DNA of 64,000 nucleotides from Clarias gariepinus (taxonomy: Eukaryota). This document shows, in pieces, positions 24,700 to 37,273 of the stretch; within the stretch, counting starts at the first letter, position 1, and every line of letters starts with the position of its first letter. The translations under genes were made by a program, and so were the position numbers. The notes beneath the pieces were generated by a model, which was not told the origin of the DNA, did no database searches, and worked only from the letters and a program-made list of their open reading frames with translations. Location: the NCBI RefSeq assembly GCF_024256425.1, contig NC_071110.1, positions 2,316,274 through 2,380,273 on the forward strand, given 5' to 3'.

Positions 24700-25570
24700 G
24701 ATGTAAATTTCCGAGGGAGATAAAAAGGACGGCACATGATCTCCTCCATTTTTCTGCCTGGCAGACCACAGGCAGTAAGGATGGGCGGACATGTCTCAGC
24801 CTCACTCACTCTCAGCACTGGAGCCCTCCAGGGTTGTGTTCTGAGCCCCCTGCTGTACTTTTTGTACACCCACGACTGCGTGGCCACTACCAACTCCACC
24901 GCCATCATCACGTTTGCTGACGACACTGTCGTGGTCGGCCTGATCACAAACAACGACGAGACGGCCTACCTGGAGGAGATTGGAAATCTCCTGCATGGTC
25001 CTGTCACATTAACACCGTGGTGAAAAAGGCCCGGCAGCGTCTCTACCACCTTAGACGCTTGAGAGACTTCAGACTGCCCTCTGAGGTGCTCAGGAATTTC
25101 TACTTCTGTACCATAGAGAGCATCCTGACGGGAAACTCTACAGAGGTAAGTGCGATCAGCTGTGCGCATCATCCGCTACAGCAAACGGTGCTTGACCAAG
25201 GCCAGGAAGATCGTGAAGGACCTTAGCCATCCCAACAATGGACTGTTCTCTTTGTCGCGGTCTGGGAAGCAATTCCGCTCCCTGAAGGACAACACAGAGG
25301 AGCTTCTTCCCGCAGGCGATAAGGTCTCTCAATCACACCACCACACAGGAGTAATATCTTTTTTTAAACAATGACATTAACTGGACAATCATGGACACAT
25401 TTATGCAATACATATTTATATATCTGACCATTGCACGTGACACTTTCTCAAGCCACTTTTCATGCATATTTGCACAGCCATTGCCACTTTATTTCTATAT
25501 TTTGTTATATTTTTATTATGCCCTTACTTGTACAGTTTATTTTACTAGTTAAATTTTCTTTCGTATTTCT
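24700..25570 (+). mobile_element. Second, near-identical L2-like fragment in the opposite orientation (mid-RT to 3' UTR, with an internal deletion of about 260 bp). It abuts the minus-strand copy head-to-head.
   Basis: The plus-strand ORFs at 24736-25374 encode the same RT peptides. 24760-24820 is the exact reverse complement of 23400-23460. Confidence 0.8.
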
Positions 25571-25899
25571 TTTTATTAAGTTGGCTTGAGAAAGCCAACT
25601 TACTGATATCCGACTTAAACTTATTATTATTATTCTGAGACTAAAATTATCAACTCTAACTCCTCCTAGAGCTTTAACTGTACAAACTCCAAGCTCAGCC
25701 CAGATCTTCAGACTGATCTGACCGGGTGTGCTATATCTTTTCTAACTGATCGGACTTACGGTTTTCCTAAAAATGACGTTTAAAACTGGGAAAAATCCCA
25801 TAGACTTACATTGACGGAATGTTCAAATGAGCCAGCTTTTTCAAATTCCAACTGTCAAAATCCCCAGAATCCTTTGAGACTCATTCAAACTTCCCTTCT

Positions 25900-27160
25900 A
25901 TATACTGTATTTCTAATCTATTCAAACTCATTCAAACTCATCTATCTATCTTAGAAACATGCTAGCAACTTTGCTAATCATGCTAGAAACATGCTAGCGC
26001 CTTTGCTATTCATGCTAGAAACATGCTAGCAACTTTGCTAATCATGCCAGAAACATGCTAGCAACTTTGCTAATCCTGTTAGAAACATGCTAGCAACTTG
26101 CTAATCAATCCAGAAACATGCTAGCAACCTGCTAATCATGCTAGAAACATGCTAGTAACTTTGCTAATCATGCTAGAAACATACTAGTAACTTGCTAATC
26201 ATGTTAGAAACATGCAAGCAACTTTGCTAATCATGCTAGAAACATGCTAGCGCCTTTGCTAATCATGCTAGAAACATTTTAGCAACTTTGCTAATCATGC
26301 TAGAAACATGCTAACAACTTGCTAATCATGCCAGAAACTTGCTAGCAACTTTGCTTATCCTGTTAGAAACATGATAGCAACTTGCTAATCATGCTAGAAA
26401 CATACTAGCGGCTTTGCTAATCATGCTAGAAACATGCTAGCGACTTGCTAACCATGCTAGAAACATGCTAACGACTTGCTAGTCATGCTAGAAACATGCT
26501 AGCGACTTGCTTATTATGCTAGAAACATGCTGGGAACATGCTAATCATGCTAGCGACTTTGCTAATCATGCTAGAAACATACTAGTGACTTTGCTAATCA
26601 CTAGTAGCATGATTAGCTAGAAACATGCTATCATGCTAGAAACATGCTAATGACTTTGCTAGTCATGCTATAAACATGCTAATCATGCTAGAAACATGCT
26701 AGCGACTTGCTAATTGTGCTAGAAACATGCTAGCAACTTTGCTAATCATGCTAGAAACATGCTAGAGACTTTGCTAGTCATGCTAGAAACATGTTAGCCA
26801 CTTGCTAATCATGCCAGAATCATGCTAGCCACTTGCTAATCATGCTAGAAACATGCTATCCACTTTGTTAATCATGCCAGAATCATGCTAGCCACTTGCT
26901 AATCATGCTAGAAACATGATAGCAACATGCTAGCAACGTCCCAATCATGCTAGCAACATGCTAGTAACTTACTACAAATTCTAGCACCATGCTAGTAACT
27001 TGCTAATCATGCTAGCAATATGGTAGTAACTTGCTAATCATGCCTGAAACATGCTAGCAACATGCTAGTAAATTGGTAGTCATGTTAACAACATGCTAGT
27101 AACTTGCTAATCATGCTAGAAAAAATTCTGGTAACTTGCTAATCATACTAGCAACATGTT
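25900..27160. repeat. Minisatellite with a roughly 31-bp unit (catgctagaaacatgctagcaactttgctaat) in about 40 tandem, slightly divergent copies.
   Basis: Direct reading of the periodicity. Confidence 0.95.
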
Positions 27161-27389
27161 AGTGACATTCATCAATGTGTGTAATGTGCGCTGCAGGTGC
27201 AAAACATTTTGTATTATTATCCAAGTTGTAGGCTAGTCAATATGGGTGGTATCTGACATTAAGGATCCGCAACTGTAACCACAAACTTCATAGTGAATGA
27301 ATCTATCTATCTACAGATGTGGCCATTAAGACTGCGCGTGTTTTCCCGCGGAATGCCTCAATTTAGCGCAAGGCGCGCTGCGACTTGCC

Positions 27390-30290
27390 GTAAGCAACAT
27401 TCGGGAATTTAAATAAATGTGTTGTGCTTCACTGAATATCCGCCAGATGGCGCATGGAAGGACTTTATTTAAACGCCGGACCAAGTACTGTACAACGAAG
27501 AATTGTGTATAATTACTTCGCCTAAAACAATATTGTTTCCAATGCTGAAGCAAACATGAATTTTATTTTGCTTTACAACAGATCTTTCATGATAAATGTG
27601 TATATGTGCTTCATATTTTTTTCATAATGATGAAATGAGATGCCCAAATTCGTGCTTTAAAATTCTTAATAAGTTTCTTATATATTTTTTGTAATGTTTT
27701 AACAGGGACAAAACAGTGAAAGACATGGCAATGTCTCGGTTTACATGGTGTTGAAATTAATTTAATTTCCTGATAATAGGCTATCTGATAGTCTTAACTG
27801 CGAATGTCCTGATTCGTGAATATGCCAACATATCTTATTTAAAACGTAAAAAATGTGTTGACATCATCAGAAAACATGAATGAACTATATATATTATATT
27901 ATTAAGTAAATATTATTTTATGAACACGAACTTCTTCTGGCTTTTTATAATAATCATCATATTTGCTGTTTGTGTCCAGCATTTAATAATTATTTCATAC
28001 ATTATTTAACCACGGCTGGAAATAATAGCTGGAATGTGATGTGATTGTGAATTCATGACTGAAATAAAGCAGTTTGTCTTTTGTAAAGTACTTTCACTTT
28101 ACAAAAGGCAGCGTTTTTTCAAAAGGTTGATAAACGCGTGTTGTACAGTATATACACCGCGACAGCGCGCGCAGTTACTCACTTCTCACCTTTTATGTAG
28201 GTCTGCTCGGACTAATTCATTTTAAACCCCTCAAAAATGCGTGTGTATACAGCTCAAAACCTCCATCAGTTAAAGATAGCATCTATTTAGAAAAAATGCC
28301 CAGTGATTTCGCAGCTTCAGAAAATCTCCCGGCGCTCTGCGCATAACACCGGGCCAACTCATGTCAGAAAGAATTTATAAACGGTTTCTAAACGTGGGCT
28401 ATTGTTTTTTTTACTTATAGTATTTGTTAATTTAATTTAAATGAGCTTTGGGCTCAGGACTTCGATTCGGCATCGTGATTCTCCCCTTTAATTTACTCCA
28501 TAGTTTTAATCAGCGCTCAGCCGCATGCATAAAGTTTTCCAGAGCGCACCGGCAGAATGATTATGAACTCGTCGGGAAAACAGCAAGCAGACTGACTCTG
28601 ACCATTTAAAAAAACGTTTGCGTTCATTTTCTGACGCGCTCAAGTTCACCAAAAACAATACAGAGCAGCGCAGCTTATTTGCTTTCAAACATTTATAAAA
28701 TCACGTTTTTTCGTTATTGTGAGTGCGCTTAAATAAAAGTTGAGTCTTATAAAGGCATGTAGTCTTATATAGTTTTATTATATAATTTTTGCACATTAAT
28801 CAGAGTCCTCATCTGTTACATTTTTAAGGACAATATTTTTTTTTCAGCCTGTCACGGCGTGCGCCCAAATCAATATCGCTCCTCGCTCACTAGTTAGGCG
28901 GCCTCCCCTTCAGATATGCGAAGAAGCGGGGCTGCGGAATTAGGCACGAATAGTGAAGAAAAGCTCTTCTTGCTAATATTCCCCGGCTTCCAATCCGCGC
29001 TATAAAATACTCGGGGTTTGTTGGTTTACAGTGGATTTTACTAGGCAGTGTGAGCGAGACGCGCGCACACAACGCGGAAGTGCGGCATGCAAACGGGGCA
29101 ATTGGAACGCGCCCCAGAGACTTCAAAGAAGAGCAAGCGCGAGCGGACGGAGGCAGGAGCTGCTGTCCGCGGATGGCCGTCGTACTCGTATTTTATAGCG
29201 CAGGGTGCAAACCCGGATCATTGGCATGGATGAGCTATGTCCAGCTCTGTACCAGCATGTCATGTGGGCATTATAAGACTAAAAAGTGGCAGCTGGCACG
29301 CCTAAAAATAGACGCAGGTTAATTTTTTTATAGTCTAAATTAAAATCCTCCTCTTTAGTGCCTCCTATTCCTATTAATCCTATTGTTCTTTTAGTGTCAC
29401 TGCGTATGCTTACAATGCCAGACAACATTTAAATGCAAATTATTCACTCTCCCCAAGTGTAAATCAGCTGTTCTCACCTATACATATTAACCTATACGTT
29501 CTCACCTAAAGTGTTTAGGTAAAATTCCACCTATACAAGTGTGACAAATATGCAAAGAAAAAAAATAGGAAGGGGCAAATACTTTTTCATGCCACTTCAC
29601 ATGTAGTCAGATTGTTCCACTGGGCTGAAACTGTAGCAAGTGGAGTTATAGCACTTTTCAAATCACACTAACTATACACTGATATGAATAACTTTGAATG
29701 ATAAATGCTACGTTAATATGATCTCGGGCTTGCTCCACATTATAAAAGCAAAGCGCGGAGATGGAGATCAGGGAAGTACGTGATGTGATGGAAAAGAGGC
29801 AGTGGCGGTTCTGCACTGAATTGCTCCGCGGGCGAGACTCCCTCCCGCCCCCCCGTCAGCGCCACTTCTAAGCAACCAAACCCCCTGTCTGAAGTCTGCT
29901 CGGTCTTGTTTTAAAACCCCCAATTCTGTGAATTTCCCCAGCAGCGAAACCGGTTTGATGACTTCACACCTGTTGTAAAGGTGAGATGGGGGATTACAGT
30001 AACTGTGGGTGCGCTTCACCTCGGAGCGCGCTGTCGCGTTGTATTCAATGAATAGACTAAAACAAAATCATGTTTGCTTCAGCATTGGAAACAATATTGT
30101 ATTAGGCTAACTTTATTAAAGATTATACACTTTTTTATTCTTTGTTCACACACGTGGGCATCTTTAAATTTTTGGATATTGATCCTTTCTCGATGCAGCG
30201 AATTTTCTGAGCAAATTAATAATAATTTCCATGAATGAAAAGGAGGAAGAAGAAAAGGTTACGCGAAAATAAGAAAAAGTTTTAGAGGTA
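27390..30290. other. CpG-rich block bounded by long imperfect inverted repeats. The left arm is about 27390-28260 and the right arm about 29880-30290. It may be a foldback-type element or a promoter-containing unit.
   Basis: 27475-27570 is the reverse complement of 30055-30160 with about 70 nt near-identical (catgtttgcttcagcattggaaacaatattgt). 28163-28215 is the reverse complement of 29960-30040 (cgcgacagcgcgc..cagttact..tctcaccttt). CpG density is far above the surrounding AT-rich DNA. Confidence 0.55.
28995..29207. promoter_or_regulatory. Mini-palindrome with two inward-facing GCGCTATAAAATAC TATA-box-like motifs, at 28995-29008 on the plus strand and 29188-29201 on the minus strand. They flank a 180-bp GC-rich core.
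   Basis: Direct reading. Each TATAAAATA also supplies a T4/A4 run that could act as a Pol III terminator for a transcript starting from the opposite motif. Confidence 0.35.
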
Positions 30291-31671
30291 AATGCTGTGA
30301 AATGCTTCAAATAAACAGATTCTGCCTATAACAGGTCAGGGACAGTGAGGCTGGACCCAGCAGCGCACCACATCCCACATCATAATACATGCTGATGATG
30401 ACCAACACGTCTCCCCTGATCTACCAGAGCCAAGTAAAAAGAATGGCAATCAAACAGAATAAAATTAGTAGCAGCATTAACTTGTGCTAGTTATTATGAT
30501 GGTGGTCAATATTCATTGAAATAATGTTTCTCAGCATTATTTCGTGGTAATATTGACTACCATAATAATTAAAGAATTAAATAAAAAATATTGTCTTTAT
30601 AGATTTATATGTTGTTTGTCTTGATGTTCTTTTTTTTGTTTGTTTCTTTGACCCAATATATGTTCAGTGAAATTTCAAATAACATGTTTAAATAGCATTG
30701 ATTTCTGTATTGTGTGATATTTTTATACTAGTAACTGGTGTTAAAAATGTATCTCTACATTAATGAGCCAATGTATTATGGTGTGGGCTGCTGTTGGCCA
30801 GGAAGTCCAGGGCCACTTTTTGGTCCCAGTTCGCCCCTGTAATAACGAATGGAGAAAGCGCAGTCAAAGCCCGGGGATTCTGTGTTCCGCGGGGGCCAGT
30901 CGTGAATAGCTGTCACTCAGTGACAGCCAATGAAATTGAAGCATTTTTGCCGCTTTCCACGTGGTGTGGCGTTGCTTAAATAATATCCGTATAATATCCG
31001 TATATCCTATAAAATCGTCCAGACTCTGGTTAGAATCCCGCTCTGGGTGAAAATGTAATAAATGTGAATCCTTTGTTTTACACTTTTTGCTTATGATAAT
31101 CATTAAATTATAGCAACTGTGTGGTGAGTGCTAATGTGTTTCATAGCTTAAGCAAAAAAAAAATTCAATTGCAAACATGCATTTAGTACTGAAGCATAAC
31201 TTGATAATGTAATGGCTATATATTTATTAACATAAATAGTGTTGGTACAACGAATTTTTCAGTTGTAAATTAAGTTGATCCAACTCAAGTAAATTTTAAT
31301 TTTAAGCCCTGGTCAACAGAATTCGGGGAAGGAAGGAAACATAAGACAAAGGGGATAAAACGGAGATTTTTATTTTATATTTAATAAAAACCATGTTTTA
31401 CACCAGCAGCAACTTACAAATGAGGTTTGAATTCGAAAAGATGTACAAAACATAAAACACAAATAAGTACTAATTATAGAGAAAAAATAAAAAATAAAAA
31501 CCAATCGAAATGTTTTGTACTTTATAACTGTACGTTATGACTTTGACCGTTAGATACGGTTGGTCAGGAAACTCCTCAAGTCAGATGCAGACAGGACACT
31601 GTTCATTTACAAACTGTTGTGAAAAAAACAGATTTAATTAAAATTCATGATATTTAAATTAGCAAATATAT

Positions 31672-31687
<16 letters not shown>

Positions 31688-31735
<48 letters not shown>
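31688..31735. repeat. (TA)n microsatellite preceded by poly-A. A similar (TA)n plus poly-T tract lies at 49397-49472.
   Basis: Direct reading. Confidence 0.95.
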
Positions 31736-31740
<5 letters not shown>

Positions 31741-32199
31741 CTTTGTTCCCATCACTTCACAACTCATGAGAACAGACCGAATTAACCACTGATTAAGCAC
31801 CGCATATAACCGTCGGTATTTTAATTGTGATTAAAAATAAAAAAAATAGCTTAAACCAAAATAACGTGACTAAACATTGCTAAACAGCAAGTGACATTTA
31901 TGTTCAGTATTTCGTTTCTATTTAGAAAGATGGGAATTAATTCCTGCTTACCTTTTCCACACGCCCGTCAAACGTTTGTCTTCCCAACAAACTGTTCTTT
32001 TCTCGCGATGTTTGCTTTGATATTTCCAGTTTTAATAGTGACAAGATCTCTTTGGTTTATCTCAACATAAATCGAATCTAATACATGTTAAGTTGTTGAA
32101 TTTCATGCAAATACAACAATTTATTCATGTTCATCTTGGAAACATGAAATTATGTACAAAACACATATTATATTTTGGTACATGTTACAGGTAGCCAAC

Positions 32200-32470
32200 T
32201 TCCTTTCTTTGAGTGTATAATCCAAAGGATTTTGCATGCACCCATTCGGATCTTCCTCATCCCCAAAGTCATTAATACACACCTTACAGTAACTGTAGTC
32301 AATGGATCTTTTAAGAGATTTAGACACACTGGACTCTCTTGATCTGTTAAAATACCTGCCTCTGCCATTTTGCAGGAGTCATACACTGGGGTGAGGGTAT
32401 GTGCGTGGGTTTGGAGATTGCCTAAGAGGTGGCCGAGTTTCGTTTTCTGGGAAAAGAGCTTCATATAGTT
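32200..32470 (-). pseudogene. Orphan, frameshifted remnant of a finTRIM exon 1. It keeps the 5' UTR, the ATG and part of the RING.
   Basis: The two overlapping ORFs read ..SPVCLNLLKDPLTTVT.. and ..SYCKVCINDFGDEEDP.., which match CPVCLDVLTEPVT / SYCKVCINGCWDQEDV of genes C and D. The nucleotide blocks cattaatacacaccttacagtaactgt and cctctgccatttt are shared with 39600-39790. No downstream exons are present. Confidence 0.65.
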
Positions 32471-33099
32471 CTTTTTATGGTTTTGTGTAAAGGTGTGGCT
32501 TTAAAGAGACAGATTTTTGTATTGTAAATCAGTTTCTGTGATATACCCATATAAAGTTAATTTGGCTTTATGCAAACTTGAATGCATTTACAGTATATAA
32601 TGTTAATGCATAAAAAAAATCCATTGATAGTGCTGACTAATTAAACCACAAAAACTGACATTAATTTCACAAAAAATATAAATGCATTTGAACCAAATAA
32701 AATTAAAACAAATGTACAAAGCAGCGGTCCATTCTTCATACGTCATTAACTCAGTTAGCTGGATTTGATTGTTGTGGATTTGTCCTGATCTTGGATTGTT
32801 TCGTTCTTCGATGCGCTTCTCGCATTTGCTGTCATATCAACATATCTGTAAGCTTAAACCCGCTTGGAAGCAGGTTTATTTAATGTGAACAGGATTTGGG
32901 CTCCGCTCCAACAATAATCAAAGGCATATGGCAGAACATAGGCTCTATGGCAAGACAGACAATTAAGGACATATACAAACAAACTAAGCAGGGAGCTAAA
33001 ACGGGACAAGACTAGAAACACAGTGGGACTAGAGACACTAAGACTCCAGAGACCGGGCTAAAGATGAGACTAGAGACACACGAAGAGACTATGGCTAGA

Positions 33100-33230
33100 G
33101 GCATGGCAGTTAGCTAAACATGATAATTAGCTAAACATAGCAACTAGCTCAACATGGCAATTAGCTAAACATGCACCTAGACAAACACGCACTTAGCCAA
33201 ACTTACCAACTAGCTAAACACACTGGGAAA
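33100..33230. repeat. Short minisatellite with a roughly 14-bp unit ttagctaaacatgn.
   Basis: Direct reading. The motif resembles the reverse complement of part of the 25900-27160 unit. Confidence 0.7.
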
Positions 33231-35217
33231 TAACAGGACACAACCAACAATACTTACATAAACATTAAACACACACCACACCTCACATGACCGAGTCAGC
33301 TCCACAAACATAGACGCACACTGAACATAAGACATAGCTAACACTACAGCCTTTTTATCTTAACAAAACAAAACAAAATGCCCACATAACGACAGTAATC
33401 TTTAAACAATGCTCAACCCAGTTTCCCAGACTAAACAGCTATTTATAGATGATCTAATGGTCTACCTTGGTTCAGGTGTGCACTCGCATCACCTGACCGA
33501 GGTGCCTTCTGGGAAACAAAAGAGTCTGCAAACAAAACTACAAAAAAATTAAAACAGTGACCTCTAGTGGTGGTCCCATTCTGACAGAAAACTACTGCAG
33601 CGGCAAATCACAGCTTTTGCTATTTCCAGTTATCATGGGCTGTGGATAGTTAATAGTAAATACTACATGCACAATATACTTAACATTATAGTAAATAATT
33701 ATACTTAAAATTATAGTAATTGAATTGCTTTAGTGAAAATGGCTAACGTTATTGGATGCAATGCTAAATAAGGTAATTTAACTCACTTTTTTCAGGATGG
33801 GTTTGCTAAAACATCCAACTTGCAAACTAAATATAAACATAAATAATCACAAAGTATATTAAAATTATATCCTCTTTTAATTTAATAGTTTAAATCCACT
33901 TTTTAATGTCGAGTTACATTAATGAAATCACAGCCGTGCGTCAGTTGTTTGTGGCCTGCTTCCCTTCTAACTGAAAATTCCTGCGGTTACTTTGGACAAT
34001 CAAAAAAGACCAGCAGCTACTTCGGCCAACCGGTGCTTTGTTGCTTTGCCTAATAGGTAACACAGCAACTGATCATTCATGAAACAGTAATTGTGGTCAG
34101 ATTTATGCAGAAGTGAATAATAAATTCCATTTTTTATTGATAGCTACAAGTGTTGACTGAATGTATTTATTATTTAATTAATAAATACATTCGAAAATGC
34201 TACGATAACATTTATTAAAAGGTTTTCAGAAGTATTTGGTTTTTGCAATATATGTTTTAGTTTTACATTTTATTTTCCAGTAGTTTTTTTTTAATTGCTA
34301 TTATAATTAATATTTAAGATAAATATTAGAAAATGTAAATGTTGCTTCATATTTTGATGTGGAAATCTATGTTTTGTTCATAGAGTGTATGCTATCTGCA
34401 CATGTAATACAAAGGGAGTAAACTAGCAGTGAAGGTTACTGTACCCTTGATGTAAGAACAATTATGTACCTTCAATTCAGTTGTACTTTAAAAGGTAAAA
34501 AAATGTATCTCCAGAGGTCTTTTGCGTGACATTTAGGGTAGATTTATCAAAAAGGTACAAAACTGTTTTTAGAGAAACATTATTTGCACAACTGTGTAAA
34601 TTTTTTTTCTTAGAGTGTATAAAAAAAGCACCACCTATACTTATACATGCAAAAAGGGTAAATAAAATAGATTTAAAATGTACTTTTGGATTAAATATTT
34701 AAAATAAAATTAAAAAATTAAAATTAAAAAATTAAAATAATAATATTTTGTCTATTATTGTCGGTACTTTTATTGATATAACACCACATTATAATTTGCC
34801 ACCAAGAATATGTAGAAAAAATTTCTCTGCTAAAAAAAATCTTATAATCAAGAATCTCACTTTTAATACTAAATACTAACATTATAAAAAAAAAACACAT
34901 TCTGTTATAGTTGGGTTTTTTGTGTGTGTGTCAGTTACTGTAAATGTAAATGGAATAATTTAACTTTTATTTTAATAGGACTCTTGGGTAATATAGCATA
35001 TTGTATTAGCTGTAAGCCTTAAAATGTAAAAATCTTATACACTTAGTAACAGACGTTTTAACATAGTTAAGTTTATTGTCTTCACTTTTAGCGGAAAGCA
35101 GAATCAATCACAAGACACATCAAGACATGCAATTTTCTGCTAAATAGTGAAATTCTCAAGTAAGCTTCTCAAAACAATAAAGTTTTTAATTTACTTAGCA
35201 ATTTTCCACAAATTCTA

Positions 35218-35744
35218 TTTTGGATCACATAACCTCATAGGGGAATCATAACTCCATATAGAGAACCCAGCGTACAGAGGCTGAGTGAATGTGGTGTGCA
35301 CTGTGTGGAGGAGGCTCATCGTGTCAGGGACGCTGTAGAAGGACAAAGTTCCTGCATTGTGATCTACATACACTCCTATTCTGGAGGACGCTGAACCTTG
35401 AAGCTCAGTTATAATGCTATTGTGCCGGAAACAAACAGAGGAAGAAGAACACTCCAGACTCCAAGATTGACTGTTGCGTCCAAACCTACACTCTTTGCCC
35501 TCTCCTTTCCTGCTGATCTCTTTATATGAGACTGATATTTCCACACCAAACCCGCTCCACTCCACCTCCCAGTAACAGCGTCCACGCATACTCTCCTTAC
35601 ACAAGACCTGAGGCCAGGAGTCAAATCTCTCTGGATGATCAGAGTATCCTTGCTGTTTCCTACTGAGAGTTACATCTCTGTTGTTTTTAAATATAAAGAG
35701 TTTGCAGTTTGCTGTGTTGGGATCCAGAGTCAGATAATTAAAAT
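35218..35744 (-). CDS. finTRIM-like gene C, terminal B30.2 exon. It encodes (D)FNYLTLDPNTANCKLFIFKNNRDVTLSRKQQGYSDHPERFDSWPQVLCKESMRGRCYWEVEW...GVYVDHNAGTLSFY..PLYAGF..CDPK and the stop codon is at 35215-35217.
   Basis: The acceptor is tttcag|ATTTTAA, phase 1. The frame is open from the acceptor to the stop. Confidence 0.8.
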
Positions 35745-35790
35745 CTGAAACAACAAAAGTGTCCTTAGGTTAAATATTAGTCACAGGATC

Positions 35791-35824
<34 letters not shown>

Positions 35825-36088
35825 TGCACCCACACTCTAGCAAATCTTCTCTACTTTTTGGTTTTGAGAGTGGAATCATCAGAACGGCTGCAACTGTGGA
35901 AATAATATGAAAATTATATAAACATAATGGTAATTATGTTTTCTTTTTTTTACCTAGACATGCTGCACTATCAATAAACACATTCCATATAGTTTATGTT
36001 CCTTAATCCTTAAGGCCACCAGCACCGATTGGTGCATAGGGCAATTAGAGTTCTCCATTGTAGAGGACATTTGCTGTTTCTGTAGTGA

Positions 36089-36300
36089 TTGTTTTTTTCC
36101 CGGGGCGGGTTGCTAGCCCTACGCCCAACCATTCTCCTTTCTCATCCAGTGCTTGGGAACCGGCACCGGCGGAGCTCTAGACCTCCAGCTGCGAGACGTT
36201 ACTGTACAGCCTCACCCGGGAACCGAACCAGCTATCTCCGGATGATAGGGCGAGCAGTTTACCACTGCACCACTAGGAGGCCCATAGTTTATGTTACGGG
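36089..36300 (-). repeat. tRNA-derived SINE. The tRNA-like head GGCCTCCTAGTGGTGCAGTGGTAAACTGCTCGCCCTATCATCCGGAGATAGCTGGTTCGGTTCCCGGG is on the minus strand. A related copy lies on the plus strand at 57961-58140.
   Basis: A-box and B-box-like motifs (TGGTGCAGTGG; GGTTCGGTTCC) are followed by unrelated sequence. It is a dispersed copy, not a bona fide tRNA gene. Confidence 0.6.
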
Positions 36301-36424
36301 TCGTGAAATTGCTGAAGGCTCGTAAATGCAGAACTACTCCCCAGTTTCTGTTGTTCTTCACCTTATCTTTTATTAACATTCCAGACCAGATGTAAACGCT
36401 CCTGCATCCTCCTTTTTGGTGCTT

Positions 36425-36463
<39 letters not shown>

Positions 36464-36691
36464 ATGTGTGTGCATATATATACTCCTGTCTCCCACAATA
36501 AACTTTGAACATCTCACTGAGCACTGACTTGTGTGTTTCATTGAGAGGTAACCTGGCCAGATGGGACAAGCAAAATACAGGCTGAGCACTTGAGTAGACA
36601 AAAGGGGGTCTACCAAAATGTAAGAAATCCTTACAGTGTGACTTTATGGAGTCTTGTTTTTGTGATGCAGAACAAATGTTTGTTTCTTTAC

Positions 36692-36815
36692 CTTGTGAAT
36701 GAATTTTGTTGAATTCCTCCACACAGATTTCCTCGACTCGTTTTCTCAGATCTGAGAGAGATTTCCTCACTCCATCAAATGAGAGATGTTGATTGACAGT
36801 GAAGCTGGGTGAGTC
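36692..36815 (-). CDS. finTRIM-like gene C, exon 4 (124 nt).
   Basis: The acceptor is gtgag|GAC and the donor is CAAG|gtaaag. The frame is continuous. Confidence 0.6.
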
Positions 36816-37039
36816 CTCACATCCAGGAGAAACACAGAGAGACGGGAAACTCTACAGAGATGAAACACATCATAGAGAAGGAGAAAAGTGTAGGAGAGGA
36901 ACGAATGAATCTCAGACTGAATCAGACCAAAGACACACTTGTGATCTCAGACAGGAACATTTATTGTTGCTGTAATGAGCTTTTAGGAGGAAACTTTGTG
37001 AGGAACAGCGCCCTCTGTAGATCAGACAGTGAGTGTTAC

Positions 37040-37273
37040 CTGGAGGAAGTGGATGTGATCGTGTGTGTGTGAAAGCTGCTCCAGCTCAGTGACTCTCCTC
37101 TTAAGATCAGCAATCTCCTGCTCCAGTTGCTCCAGGAGTCGTTCAGCTCGACTCAGTTCAGCTTTCTCCTGAGCTCTGATCAGCTCCGTCACCTCCGAGC
37201 GCTTTTTCTCCATGGAGCTGATCAGCTCAGTAAAGATCCTCTCATTGTCATCTACTGCTGCCTGTGAATGTAT
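37040..37273 (-). CDS. finTRIM-like gene C, exon 3 (234 nt). It encodes IHSQAAVDDNERIFTELISSMEKKRSEVTELIRAQEKAELSRAERLLEQLEQEIADLKRRVTELEQLSHTHDHIHFLQ.
   Basis: The acceptor is ctaacag|ATA and the donor is CAG|gtaaca. It overlaps the ORF at 37022-37213. Confidence 0.75.

Noticed and set aside
25900-27160. A regular repeat array that superficially resembles a CRISPR array
   Set aside because: The context is eukaryotic. The units are contiguous with no unique spacers, and there are no cas genes. It is a minisatellite.
36089-36300. A possible tRNA gene
   Set aside because: The tRNA-like head is fused to a non-tRNA body, and a second dispersed copy exists at 57961. It is the head of a tRNA-derived SINE, not a functional tRNA gene.
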